Source of the DNA: Eledone cirrhosa
Lineage: Eukaryota
Length of the DNA stretch: 64,000 nucleotides
Direction: 5' to 3'
Assembly (NCBI GenBank): GCA_964016885.1
Contig: OZ024740.1
Coordinates: 195,672,001-195,736,000 of the forward strand
Shown: one piece after another, positions 12,323-27,077 of the stretch
Layout: every line of letters starts with the position of its first letter
Numbering within the stretch: position 1 is the stretch's first letter
The notes under the pieces: model-generated
Told to the model about the DNA's origin: nothing
What the model saw: the letters and a program-made list of their open reading frames with translations, nothing else
Databases searched by the model: none
Position numbers and translations under genes: made by a program

Positions 12323-13380
12323 CTACTCCACATATCTCCACCAACACCCACACACACACACACCCACACACACACATATATATATATATATACCACCCAA
12401 CTCTAATCTCTTGCCATAATTATCACACGGCATAAAATTTGCATAGTTTAATTAATAATGATCTTAGTAATTAGTTAACATTTGTTTTATCTTAACATAC
12501 TTTTTTTTGTTTTGTTTTGTTTTTTTGGTCTTTTTGTTTATTACACGGCCATACACACTGATTAGTTGGCAGTGTGTGTAAATATTTGAAAGTGTGTATG
12601 TGTTTATGTGCATCAGTGTCTGTGTGTGCATATGTGTATGAGTGTATATGCATGTGTGCATGCACATATGCATGTATATATGTATTTGCGTGTGTATATA
12701 TGTGTATGCATATATGCACATATGCATGTATATATATGTATTTGCGTGTGTGTATATGTGTATATGTGTATGCATATATGCATGTATATATATATATATG
12801 TATTTGCGTGTGTGTGCATGTGTATATATGTGTATATATGTGTATGCATATATGCACATATGCATGTATATATATGTATTTGTGTATATATGCATACACA
12901 TATATACACATATACACACACAAATACATATATGCATGTATATATGCATGTATGTGTGTATATGTGTGTATATGTGTATATATGTGTATGCATATATACA
13001 CATATGCATGTATATATCTATTTGATTGTTAGCATATATGTGTATATATGTGTATATGCTAATGTATGTATATGTGTGTATGTGTGTGTGTATGTGTGTG
13101 TGCACGTATCTGTGTATTTGTGTGTGTGTGTGTGCATATGTATATGTGTCTAAATATGTGCATGTGTCTGTATGTGTGTATGCGTCTGTATGTGTGTATG
13201 TGTGTATGTGTGTGTATGTGCATCATCATCATCATCTTCGTTTAACGACCATCTTCCACGCTAGCATGGGTTATGTGTCTGTATGTGTATGTGTATGTAT
13301 GTGTGTATGTGTATGAATGCATGTATGTGTCTGTATGTGTGTAGGTGTGAATGTGTATATGGGTATGGGTTTATGTGTAT
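12010..13380. repeat. (CA)/(TA)/(TG) compound microsatellite field
   Basis: Direct inspection. Similar fields at 23720-24170, 24560-24890, 29786-29865 and 31110-32420. Confidence 0.95.
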
Positions 13381-15085
13381 AAGCCCCTATTTGTGACGGA
13401 GGAGAGGGAAAATTCTGAGTCATCAGATAGAATACCTTGCAGTATTCTCCCTCTCTCTCTTTCCCTCCCCCTCTCTCTCTCTCTATTCAAATCTTAACAA
13501 GGTCAACTATGCCTTTCATCCGTTAAGGTTAGATAAATGAAGGACCAGTTCACGGAATTCTTCAAGCAGCACATGAGATGCCTTGTGGTATCTGTTGCAG
13601 CTCTTAAATGTTCCGATTACGCCTGGTTGCTGATGGTCAGGGGAAAATCACCCAGCCACGCGAGGACCCTGTCCAACCTGCAATTAGCCAGTGTAGAAAG
13701 GTAGGCCTAAAACCAGAATTGTTGTTGAGGGTTCATCATGCAGTGAATCAAAAATGGATGAGTGGATGTGTGTATATACATTGTGTGTGTATGCATGTAA
13801 GTGTGTCTTATGGAAACAGCTTAATATATAATAGATGCAAGGAGAATATATGTATGTGTATATATATATATATATATACACACACACATATTCATGCATT
13901 TATATGTGTATATAGACACACATGTTTGTACATGTATGTGCGTCCTCATCATCAAATAGATGTAAAACAGTGATGGTGATGATGATAACAAACATGTATG
14001 CATACATATGTGTGTATATATATATAAATATATGTATGTATGTATGTGTGTGCATATAAACATATGTGCTGATGTGGTTTGTGTGAATGCATGTCTGTGA
14101 CGTGGCAAAGCTACGTCGTTCAACTGCCATAATCTAGCAATACATTTAACGAGTCACTCCTGTATCTTTACAGAATTACAATATATATGAAGCAGCTGTA
14201 AAACAGACAAAGTGGAAACTGAGAAGCAAATTTTATATGATGGGGGATCAACCTTAGCGAAATAAAGGATTTCTATGCACAAAAGCTTCTATTATCTCTG
14301 ACAAGGAATAGAATGAGAAAAGATCAGAAGCTTGCACAGCTTAATGGAAGAATAATCTCACTGAACCTTGCTGCTTGGTAAGATTTTCAGAATATATAGA
14401 CATCTTTCTGTCAGCATTAGAGTGTGGCCTTGAATTATGTTTTCTAAAAAAAATCCTATTGCATTAAGCACATGTGAACTTCTTACATAATATATATAAC
14501 ACTTTCAAATAAAACAAAGACATATCCTAAGACATGCTATACAGAATGTATATATAAACTATACAACAGATGAAGCAAAAGAGAAGAACCACTAAATGAT
14601 TGCTCAACCTGCTAGAAATAGTGCATAAATATGCCTCAAATTACATGCAAGGAAAGACATATTTGATTCGATGATATAGTCTGAGATAGACTATACTTTG
14701 AATTTAAAGACAAGACTATTGTAGCTAAAATACTATTGAGGGCTAACCTGGGGCTCAACAAACACAACTACACAAGAAAAATAAATCATTTTTTTTTTTA
14801 CACCATAAGACCAATGAACAACCTTTTGTGACTTTTTTTGCTAGCAGTATGTGTTTGGCAATTTCCTATTACCTTCCTTATCATCATATTGGATAGATAT
14901 AGATAAGTTTGTTGTGTCTGCCTCAGCATATAAAGCATAAAGAGCTAAAACAAATACCAGAAAGTATTTTGTCCAACATTCTTACAATTCTACCAATCCA
15001 CCACTTTGAACTTTGCTAATTCTGCCTTTCACTCTTCTAGAGTTGACTCTAGAAGAGTGAAAGGCAGAATTGACTTTGATGAGGT

Positions 15086-15313
15086 TTAACCCTTTAGCAT
15101 TTAAACTGGCTGTATCCAACCAGAATTCTTTCACACCTTTCTGTTCAAACTGGCCATAACTTGCCATTCACACTGATGTTAAGGCATTGTTCTCAAAATA
15201 AATAATATCAAAATCTTATAGATTCAATATCATGTGAGATATTATGTGAGATAAAGCCTTTACCACAAAAATACAATAGTAAATATAGAGTAATGTAAAT
15301 ACTAAAAGGTTAA
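15086..15313. mobile_element. piggyBac-type MITE (TTAA)
   Basis: TTAA-CCCTTTAGCATTTA ... TAAATACTAAAAGG-TTAA, inserted in a SINE. Relatives at 43918-44147, 44403-44617 and about 30427-30578. Confidence 0.85.
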
Positions 15314-15687
15314 ACTCAGTACGTAATAATCCAGAAGTAATACCACAAGAAAGTATTTTGTCTGTAGGGAGAGGAAACATCACATCTGCAGGCTCAAGTA
15401 TGTAGGTGAGTGACTTCATGCCAATCAGTTGAAGATCATGGTCTAGGATGTCTGTGTAGGTAGCAGCGGTATAATCACAAACATGCCAGCAATACTCCAA
15501 TGTGTTTCACTTGAGATTTGAAAAGAGTTATAGAACTATAAAAAAGCTTGGCACATAGTTACACACGTCTACCTTTATATATGTATACAGATATATACAC
15601 AAATCATATATGAGGTTGACTAAGGAGATTCAATGTAAAACTCATAAATACATTTATGTAACCAGCTATGTGAGAGCGAGAAACCAA

Positions 15688-16082
15688 ATTCTAATTTTGT
15701 TGAGAGAGAGAAAGAGAAAAAGAAGAAAGAAAGGAAAGAGAGGGGGTGAGTAGATAGAGAGAGAGAAAGAGAGGGGGTGTTTTTGCATAGCTACGGTTTT
15801 CCAAATGTTTCTCTCTTTCTCTCTTCCTCTCTCTCCCCCCCCTCGCTCTCTCTTTCTCTCTCATTCTCTCTCTTCCTCTCTCTATCTACCCACCCCCTCT
15901 CTTTCTCCTTTCTTCTTGTTCACTTTCTCTCTCTCTCTCTCTTCCTCCTTTCTTCTTGTTCGCTTTCTCTCTCTCTCTCTTCCTCCCCCCTCTCTCTTTC
16001 TCTCTCTCTCTATCTACCCACCCCCTCTCTTTCCTTTCTTTCTTCTTTTTCTCTTTCACTCTCTCTCTCAACAAAATTAGAA
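15688..16082. repeat. Inverted duplication of a purine/pyrimidine tract
   Basis: ttctaattttgttgagagagag... (15688-15777) versus ...ctctctcaacaaaattagaa (15986-16082). Confidence 0.85.
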
Positions 16083-16109
16083 TTCCAATATATATATATT
16101 CTGCTGGCG

Positions 16110-16368
16110 GTGTCCAGCAGAAGCAAGGGGGGACAATCGTTAATGCATTTCGAACTGAACTGGTTCTCATCAGGATGATCCCTCCCGCTCTTGCACCTAA
16201 TGGACTTTGAAAACAGGCGAGAATATATAGTTTTCTCATCTGTGTAAATGAGGTGATTAATCTCATTTGCATATATGAAGCTGTATAAGTTGGCTCAACT
16301 GATAATAGATGAGCACCAGTTCAGTTCGAAATGCATCAACAATTGTCACACTTGCTTCTGCTGGACAC
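16110..16368. repeat. Foldback element with about 60-bp arms
   Basis: 16110-16171 is the reverse complement of 16308-16368. Confidence 0.9.
16134..16180 (-). ncRNA. Candidate minimal hammerhead ribozyme with a decayed stem I
   Basis: CUGAUGA-GAAC(CAGUUCA)GUUC-GAAA-UGCA-UU with palindromic AUGCAU. Stem I GAUCAUC/AACGAUU has two mismatches. Confidence 0.6.
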
Positions 16369-17703
16369 TGGCAGGTGGGGATAGCTGCCGGTGCTTTTGC
16401 ATAGCAACATCTTTCTAAATATTTATTTATAAACACACCGTATTTCTTTAGAAATACAAAAATCCAATATATATATATATATATACACACCCCTGTATTT
16501 TGTTAATAAAAACCAGGCTTACAGATATAAAGTACTTATTAATTCAGAGGTTACAGTGTGCAATATTCAATATTCACATACTAGTTGTACAGAAATAATT
16601 ATATTCATTTCACCTGAATAGTATGCATGTGAATAACATGTAAGTATATGTATCTGTGTGTGTGCGTGTGTGTGTGTTTGTATGTATTTATATATATATA
16701 CACAAAACATACAAATACCATAACACAAACTAGATGTGCCACAACCCTACCTACACAAGAAAGAAGTACACCATTCAGACATTCAAAAACAGAGACTTAC
16801 ACAGAGAAGGGGGAGGTAGGAGGGGAGAGTGTGAGAGAGTCTATTATAAAAGTAGTCCAATTTGTTAAGAAATTCCAGAATGTCTTTTTGCTGCTGACAA
16901 CAGTCTCTTCTACAACTGATCATTCTTTGGATGTTGAATACTAATCGACAGAGACAACCATTGTAAAATTGTGACAAACTCTTACAAAAAAAACACCAAT
17001 TGAAGTAACCTGAAAAACACTTTCAATGGACACACACAAAGCGGCTTTAAAAACCAAGTAAAATCAGAAACAGACTTAATCAATTTATCGAACAAAAATT
17101 TACAAATTTTGTTCCAGTATTCCTTATCGTCTACCTATTTTGTCTCTTTGTTGCTTTTTTACATTATATTTATATTATTGTTTTCATTCTGTCTTCCTTT
17201 CTTTCCCTACTGGTTTTACTTTTATATTTTTGTCTAACGAATAATGGTGGTGTTCGTATGTCTATTTGAATTGGAGTACAGCAGCATTAAAAACTGATTA
17301 AACAAATTTGTAGATCAATAATAGGATGATGGGAGTCTACCATGGATGGCTCACCGATATTTTAGTACTGAATTGGTGTATTTGGTATCGATTGGGTTCT
17401 TCAGGCCATGGGACCATTCAAACTTCACTAAAGACCTCAATTACATATAGCTCTTTATGTATTAATCTAGAAGGGAGCCTTTTCCTGACCAGGCTAGGAA
17501 GGCAGTTATTCTGAATAAAACACTGATACATGGTATATGAGACACATTGATCTTGATGCAGGCAACCTCATACTGTCAGTGACATGGTAAAATGCAACTA
17601 GTCAAGGCTGTAAAGTGGTTGGTGACAGGAAAGGCATCCAATTGTAAAAACTATACCAAAAACATGATATACATTGATTATAAACTAAGGAATTGACTAT
17701 CTG

Positions 17704-17757
17704 TTATTTTCTATACTGATGATGCACAAATATGCAGAAAAATGTTCTAAGAAATAG
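17704..17757 (+). ncRNA. Candidate type I hammerhead ribozyme
   Basis: CUGAUGA (17716-22), stem II UGCA/UGCA, GAAA, a minimal stem III, UUC cleavage triplet, and stem I UUAUUUUCUAUA / UAAGAAAUAG with bulges. Confidence 0.65.
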
Positions 17758-20700
17758 GAAATAAATTAAATACAATTATCCAAACATAACATTCTGAGTC
17801 ATTTGAAAAAGCAAAAAAAGTATTATTCATATCTTTACTTATTTCTTTCCCTGACATAAAAATAACTGGATACCACCAAAACTAAATAGGAAACAACCAC
17901 TACTGGAAGATATTTAAAATGCACAATGTGTAGAACATAAGGATAAATAGTCACAATCTTCACAAGAATACCATATGCATCTATATCCAGCTCAATTTGG
18001 GGAAATTCATAAGCATTCAAAGAGGATTGATACCAAGAAAAAAAGCTAAAAACAAAAAGATTTCCATACCAACTAAATATAATGATTTCTAATTTAAGTA
18101 GAAGGCCTGCAATTTTGGTGGGAAGTGAAAGTCAAATATATTGACTCTAGTATTTTACTGGAACTTTATTTTATTGACCTTGGAAGGATGAAAGGCAACA
18201 TGGACCTCAGCTAGATTTGAAATCAGAATGTAAAGCACCAGAACAAATACTGCTAAGCATTTGTCCAATGATCTAATAACTCTGTCAATTCACCACCCTC
18301 ACCAACTGAATATAATTAAATAATTTATAAAATATATTGCTACTGGGAAGGAGCTCTACTTTTTTCTTTTTTTTTTACTTTTCTCTACTCTCATCCTGAA
18401 TGGAGTGGAGTCAGGAGAGATAAACTAAGCACTAGTAATATGCTGGAGTTTATGAAATCAACTTTACATCCTCAATTACAATAATTCTTTTCAATATTGG
18501 CACAAGGCCAGCAATTTGGGAGAAGGAGAATATTGATTATATCAACACCGGTACTTAACTGGTACTTTATTTTATCAACCCCAAAAGGATGAAAGGTAAA
18601 GTTAATTTCAGCAGGATTTGAACTCAAAGTGTAAAGAGCCAGAACAAATCTTTTGTTACAACATTTGATCTTGTTCTTAAAGTCTACAAAAATCTATATG
18701 ATAAAACAGTCTTCTATTGATAGTTGAGAAATATCATTTATTAATGTATCATGTATGTGTCTGTGAGAGTATGCAAATGTGTGTGAGAGTGTGTGGTGTC
18801 TGACTGTAGGCCATCAATCAAAAATAAATTGTGAACAGAAGGCCAAAGACCTCTGTAAGTTTCCAAGCTATCCTTTCCTCTGAAGAGTTAAAAGTCAGAA
18901 AGATGACTCCACTTTTTTTTTATTTTACCTTTCAGTCACTTCACAATTTGTTATTTGTACAGAGCCATAACCACTACTATGCTGCCCCTTCCCCACTGCT
19001 ACCATCCCACAAAAACACCATCAATAGAACACTGACCTACTTAACTAGGTTTTTGTTTATAGTGCTTCCTGGTTTAGCTCAGGTCAGCTCTCATCCAGGT
19101 AGACCTATATGTGATCAAATATATCCCAACCATGACATTCCCTTTCGTTTTCTTTTCAGATAGTATTTCTAAGGCTACTTTATCTAACATGTCCTTCCTT
19201 TAGTAGGGGAGATTGGCAGAGTTATTGGAACATCAGATAGAATAAATACATTGGGGCATTTGTTCCAGCTACCTACATTCTGAGTTCAAATCCCACCATG
19301 ATTAATTTTGCCTGTCATCCTTTCAGGGGTTAATAAATGAAGTGCCAGTTGAGAGTGGCAGGGAATAAGTAGAATTGTTAGAGCATTGGACAGGATGTAT
19401 TGCAGTATCTGTTCCAGCTCTTTGGTTTTCCCATGGACATTTGCAGTGAGGATAGGATAGACTTGTATGCATGGGTAGTTGATGATCTTCCATAAAAAAG
19501 CTTTGACCAAGCCTGTTCTCCTGGAGAGGAACTTTACTGGTGTAGATCTCTCATCTCATAAGATATACAGAAACTTAAGATATATTATCATCATTTAACA
19601 TCTGCTTTTCCTGCTAGCAAGAGCTGGATGGATCATTAGACTAGGTTAGTACTCAATCAGAACTACAGACTTCTCAGATGAGCTGGAGTGCCTGCATCAC
19701 ATTTACATATGTCTCTGCACTCTACCAAGAGCTTAGATGAGCTGGGGGCTAGCATCTTACTTACATATAATCCCATGATCTACCAAGTGCAATTTATCAT
19801 GGTACCAACCCCAGGAAGATTGTCGTGTCTTCACTCCAACTGAAGACATCCTGACCCTTTGGTTGGCAGGTTTTCTATAGCTGGATACCCATCCTATCCC
19901 CAACCCCTTTAGAGTGTACTGAGTGCATCTATCATGTAAATCACCAACACTCAGGTTATATTTTTGACAGCTGAAAAGTCCTTCTAAACTTTTATTTGGC
20001 AAGTTTTCTATAGCTGGCTGCCCTTCTTAATCACCAACAACTTTACAGAGTGTACTGGGTGCATTTATCATGTAGATCACCAACACTAGAGAAATTGTCA
20101 TGCCCTTGACAAAACTGTAGAATCCTCTCGCCCTTTTTTAGCATGGTTTACCTGGTGGGATGCCCTTCTTCACACCAATCACTTTACAGAGTATACTGGT
20201 ATCTAGTAAGGGAAAAAAGAATTATATCTAATGTTTAATACTTTTAAAATATCCATAATCACCATCATTTTAACATCTACTTTCCCTGCTAGCATGGGTT
20301 GGGCAGGTCTATGTAGACCAAGTCAGTACTGAAGTGGGGCTGCTGATCTCCTGGACAGACCAGGGATCAGCATCTTGCTTATGTACAATTTCACATTCTG
20401 CCAATTGCACAGGAGAGGTTGTCATGTCTTTGACACAGCTAAGGGTCCTCCCAACCCTTTGTTGGTAAGCTTTCTACAGCTGGATACCCTTCCTATCATC
20501 AACTACTATAGAGCTGCCAACTAATTATTTATTTCATTTCTTCCTTAATTTTTTATTTCTTTTTTTACAGGTTTCAGTCATTTGACAGACAAAAAGTGAA
20601 GTCAACTTGGGTGGGATTTTAACTCAAGACATAAAAGTACATAACTAAATACCACAGAAATACGTTGTCTGATGCTCGACTGACTCAACCCCCCACTGTC

Positions 20701-22329
20701 ATTACTAATAGGTAAAAAACAAAAAAGATTGTATTTTGTAACTGAAACTTTTTAAATAATCTGTCTACCAACTAATTACTAACTAATTTAAGAGAAAAAG
20801 TTATAGCTTATTATGAAATTATTATTAATTAATTATAATTTATTGTGATTAAATTATTGTTTATTATGAAATAATTATAGTTTATTGTGAATTAATTATA
20901 GTTTATTGTGAATTAATTATAGCTTATTGTGAATTAATTATATGTTCTGGTTCTCTGAGCACTGAGTCCAAATCTTGCTGAAGTCATCTTTGCCTTTCAT
21001 ACTTTTGGAGTTGATAAATAAAGTACCAGTCCATGGCAGAATTGATAAAGAGTTGGAAAAGATACTTTGCAATAACTGATTAGGCTCTGTTTTCAAATCC
21101 CACCTCCTATCAGGAATTGTAACTGGCAGATAGTACTGGCAAGGGGGAAATCAATGGAAACATAGTTTACTTGATCCAATCTAACAATCAGTTCCTTTCC
21201 TTTTCATGAATTTATTGCTAAGGTTAAAATGTAAATTATATCTGATATTCTAGACACTAATTTGGAACACAAACGACAAACTATTGCCAACTAACTTTGT
21301 ATGAGCCAAAATGAGAGGTTATACATCTGGGGGTGGAGAATATTTTTAATTCCAGAGATGAATTACAAGAACTTAAGTTTTGGGGGTGTATCTGTGCTGA
21401 GAAAAATAATGAATCGTTAATTTTTAAAATGCATTATATTAACTCTTAACATGCTGTATGATATAATTTTGCTCAATAATCAGCATAATATCAGCAAGAC
21501 AATCCTGAACAGCATAAAACATAAGAATTGTACTTTCTTGGTTACGTTAGTTTTAAAGGAAATAAGAGAGAAAACTGTAGTCCCTTCCTCTATTATTCAT
21601 TTTTATTTTTACATTGAACATTGATCAACATGTTGCTGAATATTATTGAATTTTTGTAGTTTTATCTCAATATATTTCTTTAAAAAATGGCCACTGAAAA
21701 TTATATCAACAACATCAAATGTCAATGATTGAAATGATGAAGTAATAGCTGATAACAGTATTTTACTTTTGAAAATGCTTGGATGACTATGACTCAAATT
21801 CTACTTAATTTATTACTAACATTTTTCTTTATATCATCTTTTTTAAGCACCATTATATTTTAATTATTATGCAAGCAACATTATTTTTAGTTCAAATGAC
21901 CATATCACATTAAAAAACAAAGTCTTTCTTGCAATACTACCAATTCTTACAGCAATCTAATCACAATAAGATACTATAAACATTTGAATAAACAAACCTA
22001 TTTTTAGATATTTTTTGTTTTGTTTCATCATTTGAACATTTTTTGACAGGATATTAAAAGTTATGACTTTAAGAGTTACACTTTTTTATGGATGTTTAGA
22101 GAATTTATTCAGCAATCAGTTCAAATTTGAATGTAGGTAAGGGGTTCTCCATTCCTGCTCTACATGGTGACTTGACTTTCTAGAAATAGCAGCCAAACTC
22201 CCTGAAGCCACACATTGGATACTGTAGTCTAGATGTACATGTGTCTCAAAAATAAATCATAATATGGGCATGTCTGTAATGAATTTGATCATAGATGTCT
22301 GCATGAAGTCCTCTTGGTTCTCAAAGGAG

Positions 22330-23259
22330 TCAAAAAGAGCCATGTCTAGAGCCTGGTGAATGAGCAAAATGCATTTTATACCAAGAAACCTTTGATAAGC
22401 TATGACAAATGAGCTGGGTTGTTGTCATGATGTAGCTGCCAGTTTTGCAAGCTCCACAGATCCAGTCTATTACACTGAACTACATCACAAAGACATCAGA
22501 AGACTTCCTGATAGTACTTCTTCATATCAACAAGATCCCAGACCTCATTCGCTCTCTAAGTGGGGTGGAACTCAACCAATTGGACCAAAGAAACAATGTT
22601 TCCATTGGAATTTCTAATTGGTAATACTATCTACTGGTTCAAATCGAACTAAGTATCCATTGTTGATGCTATCTACTGGTTGCAACTCCTGACAAAAGGA
22701 GTAACATGAAATAAATATCTTGCTCAAGGATATAACATCACCTAGTCCAGGAATCAAACTCATAACCTCACAATTGTGAATCCAACTCTCTAAGCCATGC
22801 ACCTTCACTCTGATAATACTCCTTCATAAAAGTTTGTCCTGATATGTATTCATGATGCACAATACTTTGATAGTCAAAGAAAACATTGAGTGCCACCCTG
22901 ATTTTTGCTTTGCACTTTATATGATTTTGAAGAGCCATAGCAACATTAGATACTTCCACTGTAATAACTGAGATTGGTTTTCCTTTCCAGGTCATACCCA
23001 TACACCTACATCTCATCTCTAGCTATCACAGTATTTAGGAACTCAAGATTCTTGTTAGCAGAATTAAGTGAAATGAGTATGAAATGAGTAAGCATCTCAC
23101 ATGCTAGCTGCCTGACAGTAACTGATGCATCCAGAGAGCTCACCAGAAACCATGCATGCACATGAATATATATAGCTCCACACTGCATACTTGTCTCCTT
23201 AACGTTATTACTTCCCACAAGAAAAAAAAATAAAATCTGATAATATTTTTCCACAAACC

Positions 23260-23260
<1 letters not shown>
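22330..23260 (-). mobile_element. Degenerate mariner transposase relic interrupted by a SINE (about 22530-22805)
   Basis: KIRVALNVFFDYQSIVHHEY...GQTFMKEYY on the reverse strand, continuing to NWQLHHDNNPAH beyond the insertion. Confidence 0.78.
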
Positions 23261-23293
<33 letters not shown>

Positions 23294-24597
23294 CAACAAC
23301 AACAAAAATTGTTAGCCACAACCAATATTTCCCCCTGTTTTTTCACCATAGCAGCAGATAATATAAATGTCTTCATGATTTATAAACTGCTTGACTAAGA
23401 TTTTGTTGTCTTTACATGGTCAGTTCAACCAGTGTTGACCTAGCTGTCCAGCAGTTAATTTCCAGGAGTTTCTCTTTTTGTATTTTGATTTTTTGTTGCT
23501 TTGTTTATTTGTTTGTTTGTTTGTTGTTGTTTTTTTGTTGTTTTTTGTTTTTGGTTGTTGTTGTTGGGGGGGGGGGGGGGGGGGTTAGTTATTTAAGGGA
23601 TTTTTTTTGTTCACCTTCCTTCTCTGTTCCAGTCTTGCACTGCAGAGGGGGAAAACTTTTGTCTTTCAAAGTGATTAATCAGAGAAATGGTGGGAAAATG
23701 CTTTCAAGCACACTAATACATACATACACACACAGAAATACATAAACACACAGGCACAGACACAAAGAGAGACACACAGCAGATTTTCATACACATATGC
23801 ACACGTATAGACTCAACCACACACACAAAGTACATACACACGCACACTTTCATACACATATGTATGCATATAGACAACTACACACACACATAAGCACACT
23901 TTCATACACATATGCACACACATAGACAACCACACACACACACACACACACAAAAGCACACTTTCATACACATATACACACATATAGACAACCACACACA
24001 CACACACACACACTATATATATAAGCATATAACCACTATATATATATATAAGCATATAACCACTTTAGATAGATATATATATATAAGCATATAACCACTA
24101 TATATATATATATATATATATAAGCATATAACCATTATATATATATATATATATATATATAAGCATATAACCAAAATTCTTGTAATTCAGTTAGAACTAC
24201 CTACAGAATATGTATTGTATTATGTGTGTTTCTTTAGAGTTTGAATGTGGCTCTAGGTGTATATTTATATGGAAGGTGAAGACAGGTGGGGAGAGGGGTG
24301 GCTAGAAGATGCGGGGGGGGGGGTAGTACTTTGTGTGTAAAGGAGGGTGAAGAAAGGAACTCACTTCTTTCCAGCAGCAAACAACTAAGGAGTTTTATTC
24401 TCAAACAAAAACCAGACAAACCAACCATACATTTATTTGTTTTGACATTTGCTTTCAAAAAGGGCGTTCCAAAAGAATGTATACACACTTTGATTACCTG
24501 TACAGGCAATATTTTATTAGAATGCTGTTGAAGTGTGTATACATCTTTTGGGGACATCTATATATGTGTATGTGAGCGTGTGAATGTGTGTATAAAC

Positions 24598-24630
<33 letters not shown>

Positions 24631-24828
24631 CATGTGCATATAAATATGTATATACATATGTGTGTGTGTGTATGTGTGTGCATATAAAACATGTATATAC
24701 ATATATATATATGTGTGTGTGTGTGAATGTGAGTATAAATATGTATTTACATGTGTGAGTGTGTGTGCATATAAACATGTATATACACAAATGTGTGTGT
24801 GTGCATGTGAATATAAATATGTATATAC

Positions 24829-24875
<47 letters not shown>

Positions 24876-25085
24876 AGTGTGTGTGTATAGGAAATATTTC
24901 TAAACTTAGGAGAAAAAAGTTTGTCTTTACAATCATCATCACTCTGTATTGGCTAACATTTGTATTTTGACCCCTGGTGGCCGGTTAGCTGAATAGATAG
25001 AGTGGGGGTTAGAAAGCCTCAGTGCCCAAAACCATTACTTATAGAAAATGGTGCACACTAAGTGACATTTTGAGATACACACACT

Positions 25086-25125
<40 letters not shown>

Positions 25126-27077
25126 ATCATCTCCCTCTCTTTCTCTGAAGATTGATGCCCCTTATCTCTCTCTCTCTCTCTCACACACACTGTCTCAGAA
25201 GATTAATATAAGAAAAGAAATGAAAGAGCTACACAAACTTTCATTTCTAATAATGTTTTTTTTTTCTTCTCATATTGAGACAAGACCTTATTTCCCTGTC
25301 CCTTCTATCATTGATTAGTACTAACCTGGGACTTCACTGATAAATAAAGGACTAACATTTCCCTTGCCCCACACCATCAGGTAAAATACGGAAGCTAGGA
25401 ATTTTGTCCAGATTCTGCCAATCCACTGCCCTTTATATAGACAAGAAACATTAATAATGGTTTCTGATTTAGACACAAGGCCAACAATTTGGGGGGAGAG
25501 GAAAGTCGATTAAATCGGCCCCAGTTTGTTACTGGTACTTTATTTTATCGATCCTGTAAGGATGAAAAGCAAAGCTAACCTTGGTGGAACGTGAAGAGAC
25601 ATAACTATGCTGCAAAGCATGGTGTCTGATGTTCTACCGATAGACAATAATAATAATTGTTTCTGATTTAGGCACAAGGCCAACAATTTTAGGAGAGGGA
25701 AAGTCAATTAAATCAACTCCATTGCATTACTGGTACTTTATTTTATCAACCCCGTCTTTTTTTTTCTTAGTATTTATTCATCTGAGAAGGAAGAGCAGTG
25801 CTGATAATCCTGTTCAAGACCTCTAAGGCAGGTGGAAAGGACTGAGGTATCCTCAAACCAAACAAATTGGTCCCAATGCTTGCAACAGAGTGGACTCCAC
25901 TAAAAGCACCCAAGTGCTAGGTGGTGGTGTTCAACCAAGTAATGGATTAAGTCTATCAACATCAATGCTTGGCTGATATTTTATCTATCAAACAAAATGA
26001 AAACCAAAATTGACCTCAGTGAGATTTGAACTTAGAATGTGGGAGGTGGAACAAAGAGCCTAAGTTAAGGCTTTTTTTCCTGGCTTCTGTTCTTTTCTAC
26101 TATCATTGTTATAAATGCCATTACCATCATTCTTAAGTTATATTTATATATTTGAGAGGGGCTACACAGGTGATATGTACTGCCCCTCCACTCCTGACTA
26201 CCGTATTTAACCCTTTTATTACAATATTTCTAATGAAATATACTACTTACAATTGTTAATTGATTTTGTAAATAATCAAGAATTTGGAGTGATTTAGTAA
26301 TGTTACTGAGTTTGTATGTTTGGAATATAACTTGACAAAGGTTCGTAGATAAAATTAATATGGAACATATGAGCAAAATGAGATCTCTCCAAACTGTCCA
26401 GTCTTGGACTATGACAACCAGTCCAAACCTGCTGGCATGGAAAGCAGATGTAAAATGTCCAACTCCTAGGAGGGAGAATGGATATTAAATAATGATGGGT
26501 GGAGTTTGTGAGAGCTGACCTCAGATTACTGAAACTCACAGGACGAAGGACCGTTACGAATGGAGAGATGCTGTGCTGAAAAGGACCCGTCCCACCCTTG
26601 CAAGCAAGGAAAAGCGGACGTAAAATGATGATGATGATGAACACCTTAAAACAAACAGTTTTGTATCATAAACCAGGAGCAGTTTCAGACAGTTTGGTAT
26701 CAAGTGGCCTCATCATTCAACATGTATTTTTCCTGAAAACAAGGGTTGGATGAGTCCTCATACACTGAGTCAGTACTCAAGCAAGGCTACTGACCTCTCA
26801 GATTGACTGACTGCCTACACCTCATATATGGCCCTGCCCTCTACTGAATGCATTTTATTGTGACACTAACACTAAGGTGGTTGTTATGTCTTTGATAAAG
26901 CTGAAGGGTCCTCCCAGCTCTTGTGTTATATAAATAAATAAAAAGGCATAACTAAATACTCCCTGATGTTTTACTGCTTCTGAATATCCTTGTCGTCGAT
27001 TAAATATAGAGGATGTGTTTCGGTTGAAAAGAAATGAAGCAACCATGCTTTTCTGGGGGTGTAAAGTTAGTGTACAT

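Noticed and set aside
9699-13316. Long ORFs (355 aa Val/Met-rich, Pro/Ser-rich, CVCV/HTHT types)
   Set aside because: They are translations of tri- and dinucleotide repeats, with no splice signals or domain content.
14174-14377. Plus-strand exon-like segment (tctttacag ... G|gtaaga)
   Set aside because: All three frames contain stops and no partner exons were found. It could be a non-coding exon, but that is unsupported without RNA data.
17835-18030. Minus-strand frame (LNAYEFPQ...) as a possible PDSS2 last exon
   Set aside because: Weak match with no convincing acceptor.
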